Of a stretch of 64,000 nucleotides of DNA, positions 37,353 to 46,892 are shown piece after piece. The notes beneath the pieces are model-generated. The model was not told the DNA's origin, did no database searches, and saw nothing but the letters and a program-made list of their open reading frames with translations. Made by a program: the position numbers and the translations under genes. How positions within the stretch are numbered: the stretch's first letter is position 1; each line of letters begins with the position of its first letter. This DNA comes from Proteobacteria bacterium ST_bin12 (GTDB lineage Bacteria; Pseudomonadota; Gammaproteobacteria; Burkholderiales; Methylophilaceae): NCBI GenBank assembly GCA_002083635.1, contig MSXP01000005.1, forward strand, positions 344,592-408,591, written 5' to 3'.

Positions 37353-38546
37353 ATGTCTCTAAATATTCAACAAATTATCGCAGAGGCCGATCGCTGCGTC
37401 GCTTGTGGCCTATGTTTGCCGCACTGCCCCACTTATTACAAAACGGGTTCTGAAGCCGACTCTCCGCGCGGCCGTATTCAATTAATGAGCGCAGTTGCAC
37501 GTGATATTCTGCCTTCAAATGAACGCTATCAGCAACATATTAACGGCTGCTTAAGTTGCCGCAATTGTGAAACTGCTTGCCCCAACGGGGTAAATTATGG
37601 CGGCTTAATCGATAGCGCGCGCGCAGGTATTGCCAAACCAGTCAACTTAACACATAAGTTAACCAATATTTTGGTTCAAAAACCAGCCTTAATGGGCTTT
37701 GCAGGCAACGTATTAAAATTAGCGCAACAATTGGGTTTACTAAAAGTGATTAGTGTATTGATACCTGCACTAAAAAAACCAATCACATTATTACCTCAAT
37801 TACCTAATCAACAAAACTGGCTTGATTTGTATCGCACCAATCAAAGCAAAAAAGGCGATGTCAGTTTGTTTTTAGGTTGCATCAGCAATACATTCGACAC
37901 TGAAACGCTGCGTGCCAGCGTATTTGTGCTCAATCACTTAGGTTATGATGTGCATATTCCCAAAACCCAGGCCTGTTGTGGCGGTCTGGCGAGGCAGCAA
38001 GGCAACGCTGAACTAGCTAAAGATTACATCGAAAAAAATAATACGGCATTTAGCAAGGCAAACCCTGTAATAACGGTTGCAAGCGGCTGCGGGGCAGGTT
38101 TACAGGATTACGCTGATTTACCAATACAAGATATCAGCGCTTTTTTAATCCAATGCGATTGGCAAAATATATCGCTACAGCCGATTGATGCAGATATTGC
38201 ACTGCATGAGCCATGTACTTTGCGCAACGTACAAAAATCGCATGCCAGCGTAATGGCGTTACTTAAAAAAATACCATCAGCCAATGTGCAAAACTTAAGT
38301 GGAAATGCGCAATGTTGCGGTGGCGCAGGCGCATATATGCTCACGCAGGCTGATATGGCAGATGCCTTATTAAATGACAAGTTAGCCGCCATTGATAAAA
38401 CCAAGGCTACGCTATTAGCAACTAGCAACATCGGCTGTGCTTTGCATATTGCGGCGGGTTTACGCGCACAAAATAACTCTGTAAAAGTAATGCATCCAGT
38501 GACAATTATTGCAAAGCAATTAGGATATACTGGATTCATTGATTAG
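37353..38546 (+). CDS. GlcF-like (Fe-S)-binding oxidoreductase subunit with CCG domains
   Basis: Two ferredoxin-type motifs (CVACGLCLPHCP, CLSCRNCETACP) and two CCG repeats (ACCGG, QCCGGAG). Confidence 0.7.
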   Translation: MSLNIQQIIAEADRCVACGLCLPHCPTYYKTGSEADSPRGRIQLMSAVARDILPSNERYQQHINGCLSCRNCETACPNGVNYGGLIDSARAGIAKPVNLTHKLTNILVQKPALMGFAGNVLKLAQQLGLLKVISVLIPALKKPITLLPQLPNQQNWLDLYRTNQSKKGDVSLFLGCISNTFDTETLRASVFVLNHLGYDVHIPKTQACCGGLARQQGNAELAKDYIEKNNTAFSKANPVITVASGCGAGLQDYADLPIQDISAFLIQCDWQNISLQPIDADIALHEPCTLRNVQKSHASVMALLKKIPSANVQNLSGNAQCCGGAGAYMLTQADMADALLNDKLAAIDKTKATLLATSNIGCALHIAAGLRAQNNSVKVMHPVTIIAKQLGYTGFID

Positions 38547-38551
38547 GAAAA

Positions 38552-39178
38552 ATGATGTCTATTGATAAATTAATCACCACTTTTGATAAGGGCTTACGCA
38601 CCGTATTTACGCAGGCCAATGCTAGTCGGCAACGTCCTGATGCGCAGATTGAAGAATCAACACTCACAGAAACTGAAAAAAATCAGGCTGCCGCCTTAAT
38701 GCGCATTAACCATGTAGGCGAAGTATGCGCGCAAGCTTTATACAGCGGGCAAGCCTTAAGCTCACGTAACCCACAAATTGTGCAAAGCCTGCAAAAAGCC
38801 GCAAATGAAGAAACTGACCACCTAGCGTGGTGTGAGGCGCGAATTAACGAGCTGGGAGGCCGTAAAAGCTGGTTGAACCCAGTGTGGTATGCAGGGAGTT
38901 TTGCCTTAGGCGCGGCAGCTGGCGCGCTTGATGATAAATGGAATTTAGGTTTTTTAGCAGAAACTGAACATCAGGTATCGAATCATTTGCAAAGTCACTT
39001 AACTAAACTGAGCGACTCAGATACTAAAACGCGTGCAATTATTGGCCAAATGCAGCAAGATGAAGCAGCACATGCGCTAGAAGCTAAAGAGTTAGGCGCA
39101 AGCGACTTGCCACAGCCAATTAAGGCTGGCATGAAACTCGCTTCAAAAATAATGACTTCAACCGCTTATTATGTATAA
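38552..39178 (+). CDS. coq7: demethoxyubiquinone hydroxylase Coq7
   Basis: 208 aa di-iron carboxylate protein. Contains LMRINHVGEVCAQALY, EETDHLAW and QDEAAHA. Confidence 0.9.
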   Translation: MMSIDKLITTFDKGLRTVFTQANASRQRPDAQIEESTLTETEKNQAAALMRINHVGEVCAQALYSGQALSSRNPQIVQSLQKAANEETDHLAWCEARINELGGRKSWLNPVWYAGSFALGAAAGALDDKWNLGFLAETEHQVSNHLQSHLTKLSDSDTKTRAIIGQMQQDEAAHALEAKELGASDLPQPIKAGMKLASKIMTSTAYYV

Positions 39179-39229
39179 CTTATTTTATCAATCGACAGCA
39201 TCAAATGAGCAACAAACGGGATAACTGAA

Positions 39230-39547
39230 ATGCAAAAATTTAGCGATGTATTACTCACTTTAGACAGCGTTGATGACGTGAAAAGGATTGAGCTATTTTT
39301 TGAAGATGGCACGCCTGCTGGTGTCATTGAGAACAAGCCAGGCAGCCAAGGCTCAGTCAAAGTATTTAATCACTTATACAAAATGTTTGGTGGCATTACG
39401 CTAGACGCGGCAGTAGAGGGATTAGCTTTATTTGCAGAGCACACCGAAGATGCTGAAAACTGCCCCGGAAAGCACCCTAATGTGGATCGATTATTGAATG
39501 TGCTAGAAAACGAAGAACCACTCAACGTGACGATTATTACGCAATAA
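39230..39547 (+). CDS. small conserved hypothetical protein
   Basis: 105 aa soluble protein with no motif I can name confidently. Confidence 0.5.
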   Translation: MQKFSDVLLTLDSVDDVKRIELFFEDGTPAGVIENKPGSQGSVKVFNHLYKMFGGITLDAAVEGLALFAEHTEDAENCPGKHPNVDRLLNVLENEEPLNVTIITQ

Positions 39548-39554
39548 AATTCTC

Positions 39555-39956
39555 TTACATTTTGCCCGATATGGGCGGATGATAAATCAGCTCTAACAAA
39601 TGCCCTACGCTGTCTAAACAATAAAATCCACGTGAGCCATCTCTGTGTGTTTTTGGTGCTTCAGTAATTTTGACACTATTCGCCACAAAATACGCATGCC
39701 AATTATCGACATCTTGCGGTGTTTTGAGCACAAATCCAATATGATCCAAACGCTGCTGCGCTTGTGGCACATAATCCACGCGATGCAATGCAAACACATC
39801 ACCATCATTGGTTAAGTACACGTTATCTGCATCTGGCTGCCATTCAATTTTCATGCCCATCAGCTGCGTATAAAACTCCACGGCCGTTTCAAGCTCTTTC
39901 ACAAACAAAGCCACATGGCGTATGCCTAACATACCTGCTGGTTGAGGTTTTTGCAT
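39555..39956 (-). CDS. VOC-family (glyoxalase/bleomycin-resistance/dioxygenase) protein
   Basis: 133 aa. Contains GIRHVALFVKELETAVEFYTQLMGM, LDHIGF and GHLLELI. Confidence 0.75.
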   Translation of the reverse strand: MQKPQPAGMLGIRHVALFVKELETAVEFYTQLMGMKIEWQPDADNVYLTNDGDVFALHRVDYVPQAQQRLDHIGFVLKTPQDVDNWHAYFVANSVKITEAPKTHRDGSRGFYCLDSVGHLLELIYHPPISGKM

Positions 39957-39959
39957 GCT

Positions 39960-40379
39960 CTACGCTACCGACTTAACCACATAATCGTGGGTAATTTCTA
40001 CCGATTTGGCTAACATAATCGATGCTGAGCAATATTTTTCGGCCGATAGCTTCACTGCGCGCTCAACTTGAGTTTCATTTAAATTATCGCCAGTAATCAC
40101 AAAATGCACATGAATTTTAGTAAACACTTTTGGCACTTCATCCGCGCGCGTTGCATCAATTTCTGCCACACAATCCACAATCGGCTGACGCGCTTTTTTT
40201 AAGATAGTCACCACATCAAAAGAAGTACACGCGCCCATGCCAATCAATAGCATTTCCATGGGGCGCATGCCAATATTGCGGCCACCGTTTTCTGGCGCAC
40301 CATCTAACACAACCGCATGCCCAGTCTCAGATTCACCCACGAAACTGACATCTTCAACCCATTTAATTCTTACTTTCAC
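39960..40379 (-). CDS. OsmC-family protein
   Basis: 139 aa with the two conserved Cys contexts GMGACTSFDV and AEKYCSAS. Confidence 0.8.
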   Translation of the reverse strand: MKVRIKWVEDVSFVGESETGHAVVLDGAPENGGRNIGMRPMEMLLIGMGACTSFDVVTILKKARQPIVDCVAEIDATRADEVPKVFTKIHVHFVITGDNLNETQVERAVKLSAEKYCSASIMLAKSVEITHDYVVKSVA

Positions 40380-40416
40380 GATTTATTCCTACTTTACTTT
40401 TAAACGTTACTAACTT

Positions 40417-40541
40417 AAAAATTATCAGTTTCTAAGCCAAACAAGGCGCAAGGTCGAAAAAGCGTGCGCAGCATACAAGCAGTATGTAAGCGCGATTTTT
40501 CGACCTTGCAACACCGTATGGCGACGAAAATGATGATTTTA
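40417..40541 (+). repeat. extended imperfect hairpin element, family copy A
   Basis: Outer arms are 40417-40432 and 40526-40540. Inner arms are GCAAGGTCGAAAAAGCG (40448-40464) and CGCGATTTTTCGACCTTGC (40491-40509). The apex is CATAC-AAGCA-GTATG, flanked by AGGCG and GCAACACC. Confidence 0.6.
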
Positions 40542-41015
40542 TTTAACGTCTAGGAGCTCTACGTCAAATATAAGTGTGGCATTCGGCGGAATCGCACCAC
40601 CTGCACCGCGTGCGCCATAACCCATTTCAGATGGAATAATTAAGGTGCGTTTACCACCAATTTTCATGCCAGCAAATCCCTCATCCCAGCCTTGAATCAC
40701 TTGGCCACCGCCCAAAAAGAAATTAAATGGCTGTTTTCTATCTAGGCTGCTATCAAACTTTTTGCCTTTTTTGCCTTCTGCCGCTTCATCGTATAACCAG
40801 CCTGTGTAATGCACGGTAACATTAAAACCCGGCTCTGCCTCGCGGCCTGTGCCTACTTGTGTGTCAATTTTTTGTAATTCGGTAATGGTTGCAGTCATTG
40901 CTGTTTTTTCCTGTGGTGGTGAATTAGATTCGGCTTGGCAGCCTGATATTGTGATTAATAATAATGTTAATGTACTTATATAAAATCTTTTGCTAATCAA
41001 TTTTTGCTCCCTCAT
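40539..41015 (-). CDS. FKBP-type peptidyl-prolyl cis-trans isomerase lipoprotein
   Basis: 158 aa with lipobox ITISGC and FKBP motifs (VHYTGWL, FDSS, FFLGGGQVIQGWDEG, YGARGAGGAIPPNATLIFDVELL). Confidence 0.85.
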   Translation of the reverse strand: MREQKLISKRFYISTLTLLLITISGCQAESNSPPQEKTAMTATITELQKIDTQVGTGREAEPGFNVTVHYTGWLYDEAAEGKKGKKFDSSLDRKQPFNFFLGGGQVIQGWDEGFAGMKIGGKRTLIIPSEMGYGARGAGGAIPPNATLIFDVELLDVK

Positions 41016-41077
41016 TTACAAACCAACATCATACTTTAATTTAGTTTTGATTCATCACCTGCACATTTAAAGACCAT

Positions 41078-41110
41078 AAAAAAAGGCGATGGTTTTCACC
41101 ATCGCCTTTT
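41078..41110 (-). terminator. intrinsic terminator
   Basis: The minus strand reads AGGCGATGG-TGAAAA-CCATCGCCT followed by T7. Confidence 0.85.
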
Positions 41111-41126
41111 AAACTTAAATACTGAA

Positions 41127-41678
41127 TTAATGCATTTTACGACGCAAACCCATTAAACCAATTAATACTGAACCAAATAACCAACCTGCTGCTGGCAATG
41201 GAACTGCATTTACACCACCTGTATAAGTACGATAGTTACTTAAACCATTGGTTAAATTGGTCAAAGTAAAACCTGTGATAGGTGTGCTAAATTGAAAAAA
41301 CAATTCATTAGAACCATAATGAAGAGCTAGATAATTAAAAGCAGCTAATCCACTAATAGTAAACAAATCTGAACCCTGTCCTTCGTTTTGAGTAGTAATA
41401 TTAGCCTGTTGTAAAAGATTTAAATCAAAATCTAAATCAAACACTTGTTCCATATAATTACCAATATCTTCTGCAGCTTGAGGAGCCACGTTATCAGATG
41501 AAAAACATGTTACTAGTGGTGATGGATTAATAAACGTTTGATTATTAACATCAGTAAAATTAAAAATTGTGACTTTATTTTGTTGAACACGCGTAGCGTC
41601 GTTACAAGTTGTCGCAGAAGATACAGCACTAAAACCAAGTAGCGCAATACCGAGTAATATATTTACAAATTTCATCAT
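41127..41678 (-). CDS. secreted protein with VPLPA-CTERM-type sorting signal
   Basis: 183 aa with a signal peptide. C-terminus NAVPLPAAGWLFGSVLIGLMGLRRKMH. Confidence 0.7.
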   Translation of the reverse strand: MMKFVNILLGIALLGFSAVSSATTCNDATRVQQNKVTIFNFTDVNNQTFINPSPLVTCFSSDNVAPQAAEDIGNYMEQVFDLDFDLNLLQQANITTQNEGQGSDLFTISGLAAFNYLALHYGSNELFFQFSTPITGFTLTNLTNGLSNYRTYTGGVNAVPLPAAGWLFGSVLIGLMGLRRKMH

Positions 41679-41788
41679 TATTCCCCTATTTATGTAGCAA
41701 ATAGGTTTTACAAGTATATATTATGGCTGTTTGAATAACTATTCAATAGCCCAAATGGGTGTATCACTTAAAGTAAATTCTAGAATAA

Positions 41789-43219
41789 TTAACCGTTAAC
41801 TTGACTGTAAACCCATTCAATCAAGGCGTCTTGCGCGGTTTTACTGCTTGCTGATTTGTTGTGGTTAACCATCATAACAATAGCATGGCGTTTATTTTGT
41901 GCATCCAATACGTAGCCTGCAATCGCGCTCACGCCATCTAACGAGCCTGTTTTTAAATGTATGCGGCTGGCACTTAAACTGGTTTTTAGGCGCTTTGCGG
42001 TGGTGCCATCTAAACCTAATATAGGTAATGATGCGATTAATTCTGGCATGATTGGGCTGTAGTAAGCGCTTACTAACATTCGACCTAAATGCGCGCTATT
42101 CATGCGTTCTATGCGCGATAATCCAGAGCCGTTTTCAATCACTAATTCTTGCGCGTCTATATTTTTTGATTGTAGCCATCGCTGAACGGCTAATGCACCT
42201 TTAGCTTGCGTTGCCGGCACGCCTTGCTTTTTTGCGCCTAAGGTCAGCAATAATTGTCGCGCGGTGAGATTATTGCTCCACTTATTCATATCCCGTATGA
42301 CGTAGCCCAGCGGCTCGGATACGTGCTCAATCACTTTTGTTGAATCTTTGGCTAGTGGCTGAATTTTTAGATTGCCGTTAAAAACGCCGCCTAGCTCGCG
42401 CCACAGTTTTTTAAAGGTATAAAACGCATATTGTTCATCATTTAATACGCTTAACTCTAAATAACGCTCGCCACAATCAGGTGAAAGCATGCCTTCAAAT
42501 GTCACAGTAGCGCCATTGGTTTTAGGTTGAACCGTATAGTCAAAACGGCTACGCCAATCGCCGCAAGGCGTTTGACTTAACTGTATTTTATTCACGATTT
42601 CTATTTCACTTAACTCAAACTCTTGGTTTATATTCACAAGCTTATCTGTTACGCTAAATCTAAAACTGGTATGTCGACCGTTAACCAAAAACGCACTTGG
42701 CTGTGCGTTATAAGCTCGCCAAACTTCACTATCAAACGCTAGATTTGCGGGATTTTCGGCAAAAAAACTTTTATCAATAATCAAATCACCTTTAATTTCT
42801 TGAATGCCCGCTTGTTGCAATCGCATTAACAATCGCCAAAACTCTTGCGCTTTAAAACTGGGGTCGCCATAGCCTTTGATGATGAGATTGCCATTTAACA
42901 CACCATCTTTCACTTCACCATCGCGATATACTTCTGTTTTCCAGCGATAAGCAGGCGTTAATAAATCCAGCGCCGCATTGGTTGTTACTAGCTTCATCAC
43001 GCTGGCTGGGTTAAGGCTTTGATCGGCGTTATGGCTGATTAATGGCGTGGATGAATCTACCGCTTGCACATATACAGCGACATTAGCCTGCGGAATACCT
43101 GCTTTTTTGAGTGCATCCGCCACCATAATCGGTAGCTCTGCGAAAGCATTTGTGCTGACTAATAGACTCATCAGCATACTTAACATCAAAAAACTGAGGA
43201 AAATCTTAGTTTTTTTCAT
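41789..43219 (-). CDS. dacB: D-alanyl-D-alanine carboxypeptidase/endopeptidase (PBP4, S13 family)
   Basis: 476 aa with a signal peptide, SxxK motif (PASVMKL), SNN (KWSNN) and KTG (LKTGSL). Confidence 0.85.
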   Translation of the reverse strand: MKKTKIFLSFLMLSMLMSLLVSTNAFAELPIMVADALKKAGIPQANVAVYVQAVDSSTPLISHNADQSLNPASVMKLVTTNAALDLLTPAYRWKTEVYRDGEVKDGVLNGNLIIKGYGDPSFKAQEFWRLLMRLQQAGIQEIKGDLIIDKSFFAENPANLAFDSEVWRAYNAQPSAFLVNGRHTSFRFSVTDKLVNINQEFELSEIEIVNKIQLSQTPCGDWRSRFDYTVQPKTNGATVTFEGMLSPDCGERYLELSVLNDEQYAFYTFKKLWRELGGVFNGNLKIQPLAKDSTKVIEHVSEPLGYVIRDMNKWSNNLTARQLLLTLGAKKQGVPATQAKGALAVQRWLQSKNIDAQELVIENGSGLSRIERMNSAHLGRMLVSAYYSPIMPELIASLPILGLDGTTAKRLKTSLSASRIHLKTGSLDGVSAIAGYVLDAQNKRHAIVMMVNHNKSASSKTAQDALIEWVYSQVNG

Positions 43220-44577
43220 ATCACCTTTTGCAACACTTTAACGGTAGCCGCAATCATCAAATCAATCTCTGATTCTGTGATGGTATACGGTGGCATAAAA
43301 TAAATAGTGTTGCCAATGGGGCGAATCAGCAGGCCATTGCTTAATGCGGCGGCATAACAATCTTTAGCGAAATGTGGATTTTGCGTGACCACATCAAATG
43401 CCGATATCATGCCTTGATGTCGTAAATTTTTGATTGGAAAGTGAGTAAGTGCTTGCATTTTTGCTTGAATATAAGCAGTTTTGACTTTGTTAGATTCTAT
43501 GACATTATCCGATTCGAATATCGCCAACGTGGCCAGCGCGGCGCTACACGCTAGCGGGTTGCCTGTGTAGCTATGGCTATGCAAAAAACCACGCGCGGTG
43601 CTGTCATCATAAAACGCTTGGTAGATTTCATCTTTAGTTAACACGCAAGATAAGGGCAAATAGCCGCCAGTAATGCCTTTGGATAAACAGATAAAATCGG
43701 GGCGGCAATCTTGTTTTTTGGTGCAGCTTTCAAATGTACAAGCGGCATCACAATCGTTATAACTGGCAAATAAGCTGCCGGTACGACCAAAACCAACCGC
43801 AATTTCATCTGCAATTAAATGCACATTATATTGTGTGCAAATTTTGCGCGCACACTGTAAATAGATAGGGTGGTACATGCCCATGCCTGCTGCGCATTGC
43901 ACTAGCGGCTCAATAATAAACGCGGCTAGCTGCGCATGGTGCGCGCTGACATATTCTTCTAAAGCATCCGCACAGCGCAGCGCAAAATCTTCCGCACTTT
44001 CGCCTACTTCGGCCAGCCTAAAATCTGGGCTTGGCATTTGTGCCGATTGCATCAATAGCGGCGCATAAGTATCTTTAAAAATCGCCACGTCGGTAACGCC
44101 CAGCGCGCCAAGCGTTTCGCCGTGATAACTATTTTGCAAGCTAATAAATTGGGTCTTTTGTGGCTTACCGCTATTGCGCCAATAATGAAAGCTCATTTTC
44201 AGTGCAATTTCAGTGGCACTTGCGCCGTCTGACGCATAAAACGCATGCCCTAAACCTGTTAACTTAGCGAGTTTTTCTGACAGCTCAATCACAGGCGCAT
44301 GCGTAAAACCAGCCAGCATGACATGCTCAAGCGTATCCAATTGTTGCTTAATGGCATCCTTTATGCGCGGGTTGTTATGCCCAAATAGATTCACCCACCA
44401 ACTACTAACCGCATCCAAATAACGATTGCCATCGGTATCCACTAACCAAATACCATCGCCTTTTTGAATAGGGATTAAGGGGAAATTTTCGTGCTGTTTC
44501 ATCTGTGTGCAGGGGTGCCATACAGATTTTAAGCTACGCGTTAATATTGATTGACTGTCTGACATATTAAAAAACAT
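43216..44577 (-). CDS. bioA: adenosylmethionine-8-amino-7-oxononanoate aminotransferase
   Basis: 453 aa class-III aminotransferase (VWHPCTQMK, ADEIAVGFGRTG, LSKGITGGYLPL) with a Cys-rich insertion. The start may be the internal ATG (MSDSQS). Confidence 0.9.
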   Translation of the reverse strand: MFFNMSDSQSILTRSLKSVWHPCTQMKQHENFPLIPIQKGDGIWLVDTDGNRYLDAVSSWWVNLFGHNNPRIKDAIKQQLDTLEHVMLAGFTHAPVIELSEKLAKLTGLGHAFYASDGASATEIALKMSFHYWRNSGKPQKTQFISLQNSYHGETLGALGVTDVAIFKDTYAPLLMQSAQMPSPDFRLAEVGESAEDFALRCADALEEYVSAHHAQLAAFIIEPLVQCAAGMGMYHPIYLQCARKICTQYNVHLIADEIAVGFGRTGSLFASYNDCDAACTFESCTKKQDCRPDFICLSKGITGGYLPLSCVLTKDEIYQAFYDDSTARGFLHSHSYTGNPLACSAALATLAIFESDNVIESNKVKTAYIQAKMQALTHFPIKNLRHQGMISAFDVVTQNPHFAKDCYAAALSNGLLIRPIGNTIYFMPPYTITESEIDLMIAATVKVLQKVI

Positions 44578-44592
44578 TGATGCACAGCATTT

Positions 44593-45762
44593 TTATTCGC
44601 CTAATGAAATACCAAAACCCAGCACATTTTGCACATGATTATAATCAAGCAGTGTTTCACCATAGCCTGTAGATGCCATCAAATGTAGCTTGATATAAGG
44701 ATTATTAAACACGCGCTGTTGTACGCTCAGTTGTGCAAAGCCTTTGTTATCGCTTCTTAAATTATTGCGCAATAGCACTGATACTGCCGTTTTACGGCTT
44801 TCAGTTTCCCAGCGTACCGTCATATCGCCATAACCTAAAAATTTCTCAATATCAGGGTTATCGTCTTCTCTATCATTTTCTGGTATGCGCCACCAAGGGC
44901 GCACCAGTAAAGAAATTCTGTCAGTCAGCTCAAATCCGCCCTCTAAATATAGTCGATTCCAGCTTCTTGAAAGCGGATTATCGCGACCATTTGATTGATG
45001 CACCAGTCCCAAATTCAGCATTCTGGGGATGTAATCTTTTTTTACGCCATTTACTTCATTATCAATACCCAAAGACAGAATCAATTCTGGTTCGTAATTG
45101 TTTTCACGTAACGGCCTAGACGCATTGGCATTGAAAATTTGCCAGTAAGATTGTTGTGTGTAAGCGCCCCATAAGCGCGAACTGGTGACATAAGGCAAAT
45201 CTCGAATCAGCGGAATGTTGTTCAATAATTCTGATTTCAAGCTTACTTGAAATTTAATATCGTTAGCGTGTAAATTACGGTCACTTGTATTAAGTCGGCT
45301 GGGGCTTTGTGGAGTGTTGTTAACCTTATTTGTATTGGTTACTAGTAAATAATTTGATTTATACGTTTCAAAATCGCTAATATCCCAATCGCCCTCTGAA
45401 GTTAATCGCCACTTTCTCTCTAAAAAGCTCAAATCGGCATTGGGGTTTTTTACAGCAGCAGCACCTACTTTTGCGGGTATTTTTTCGGTTAAGTGCTCAG
45501 CCGTCAATTTTTCACTGGCATGTATATCTGCTGCGGTATTTTCTGTGACGGTTTCAATCGCTGGCGTGCTAATACTATCAAAGCAAGCAAGCCGCTTTTT
45601 AGATTCAAATTGTGAGGGATAAGTGGTTTTGCAGTGGTACATGGCTTGCTCAACCGTTAATACCTCATTGGCTTGTAGGCAATTCGATTGCAGCAATAAT
45701 CCTATTACGCTTAAGCCAGCCCCGCGTAAAACACTATGTAAAACATTTTTTCGTTGGTGCAT
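44593..45762 (-). CDS. pldA: outer-membrane phospholipase A (OMPLA)
   Basis: 389 aa. Contains YEPELILSLG, the catalytic HQSNG and LSRSWNRLY, plus a long N-terminal extension. Confidence 0.8.
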   Translation of the reverse strand: MHQRKNVLHSVLRGAGLSVIGLLLQSNCLQANEVLTVEQAMYHCKTTYPSQFESKKRLACFDSISTPAIETVTENTAADIHASEKLTAEHLTEKIPAKVGAAAVKNPNADLSFLERKWRLTSEGDWDISDFETYKSNYLLVTNTNKVNNTPQSPSRLNTSDRNLHANDIKFQVSLKSELLNNIPLIRDLPYVTSSRLWGAYTQQSYWQIFNANASRPLRENNYEPELILSLGIDNEVNGVKKDYIPRMLNLGLVHQSNGRDNPLSRSWNRLYLEGGFELTDRISLLVRPWWRIPENDREDDNPDIEKFLGYGDMTVRWETESRKTAVSVLLRNNLRSDNKGFAQLSVQQRVFNNPYIKLHLMASTGYGETLLDYNHVQNVLGFGISLGE

Positions 45763-45816
45763 TAATCTTCCTTATTCACTGCTTTTTTTAAATTGGGTGC
45801 TTTTAAATAAGGCGCG

Positions 45817-46875
45817 CTAGGGCGCAGGATTAGTATAACGTAAGTGAATCGCATCAATTTCTTTTAAAATTTCAGCATTAAGTGGCTTGCCGTAAGCCTG
45901 TATATTCTCTTGCAATTGCGCCATACTGGTTGCGCCAATAATCGTGCTGCTGACACACCAACGATGATACACAAAACTCAGCGCGAGCTCTGCCGGCGTA
46001 AAGCCATTTTGCATGGCTAATTGCGCATAAGCCGCACTGGCAAGCGCAACATTCGGTTTGGTGTATCGCTGCGCATAACCTAAAAATAGCGTAACACGGC
46101 CTACTGTGTTTGGATTAGCCAGATATTTTCCAGTTAAATGCCCAAATGCCAATGGCGAATAAGCCAATAAGCTCAAGTTTTCACGATACAAAATCTCAGA
46201 CAGTCCAAAATCGATACTACGATTCATTAAGTGATAGCTATTTTGCAAAGTGGCAATGTGCGGCAAATGATATTGTTTGGCGATACGCAAAAATTCCATC
46301 ACGCCCCACGGTTGCTCGTTGCTTAAGCCAATCGCGCGAATTTTTCCCTCTTGCACCAGCTCACTAAGCGCTTCTAATTGCTGATGAATGCTTTCAAAAT
46401 GTTTCTGTTGACCATCTGCATCTAATTCATTATTTGGGTCGAATTGATATTGCCCAAATATCGGCACATTACGTTCTGGCCAATGAATTTGGTATAAATC
46501 CAGATAATCAGTCTGCAAACGCTTGAGCGAATCATGCAATGCGCTGCGAATCGTTTTGCGGTTTAGCGAAAAATCATTGTTGCGTATCCAACTTAACCCT
46601 CTGCCAGGCCCAGAAATTTTGCTGCCTATAATCACTTTATCGCGCTGCTGATTTTTGAGCCAAGGCCCAATAATGGTTTCGGTGCGGGTAAAGGTTTCTG
46701 CCTTTGGCGGCACGGGGTACATTTCTGCGGTATCAATAAAGTTAATGCCACTGGCAAGTGCAAAATCCAACTGTTCATGCGCTTCTGCCTGCGTGTTCTG
46801 GTCGCCAAACGTCATGGTACCCAAACAAATTTTGGATACATTCAAATCACTTTGGCCTAACTGCACATATTCCAT
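45817..46875 (-). CDS. NADP(H)-dependent aldo/keto reductase (Tas-like)
   Basis: 352 aa. Contains LGTMTFG, INFIDTAEMYP and LDLYQIHWP. Confidence 0.85.
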   Translation of the reverse strand: MEYVQLGQSDLNVSKICLGTMTFGDQNTQAEAHEQLDFALASGINFIDTAEMYPVPPKAETFTRTETIIGPWLKNQQRDKVIIGSKISGPGRGLSWIRNNDFSLNRKTIRSALHDSLKRLQTDYLDLYQIHWPERNVPIFGQYQFDPNNELDADGQQKHFESIHQQLEALSELVQEGKIRAIGLSNEQPWGVMEFLRIAKQYHLPHIATLQNSYHLMNRSIDFGLSEILYRENLSLLAYSPLAFGHLTGKYLANPNTVGRVTLFLGYAQRYTKPNVALASAAYAQLAMQNGFTPAELALSFVYHRWCVSSTIIGATSMAQLQENIQAYGKPLNAEILKEIDAIHLRYTNPAP

Positions 46876-46892
46876 AAATTAAACAAGCTCCA

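Noticed and set aside
43216-43219. The 4-nt dacB/bioA overlap read as evidence for a functional PBP4-biotin link.
   Set aside because: Overlapping ATGA junctions are common in compact genomes. Without conservation data this is most likely incidental operon packing.
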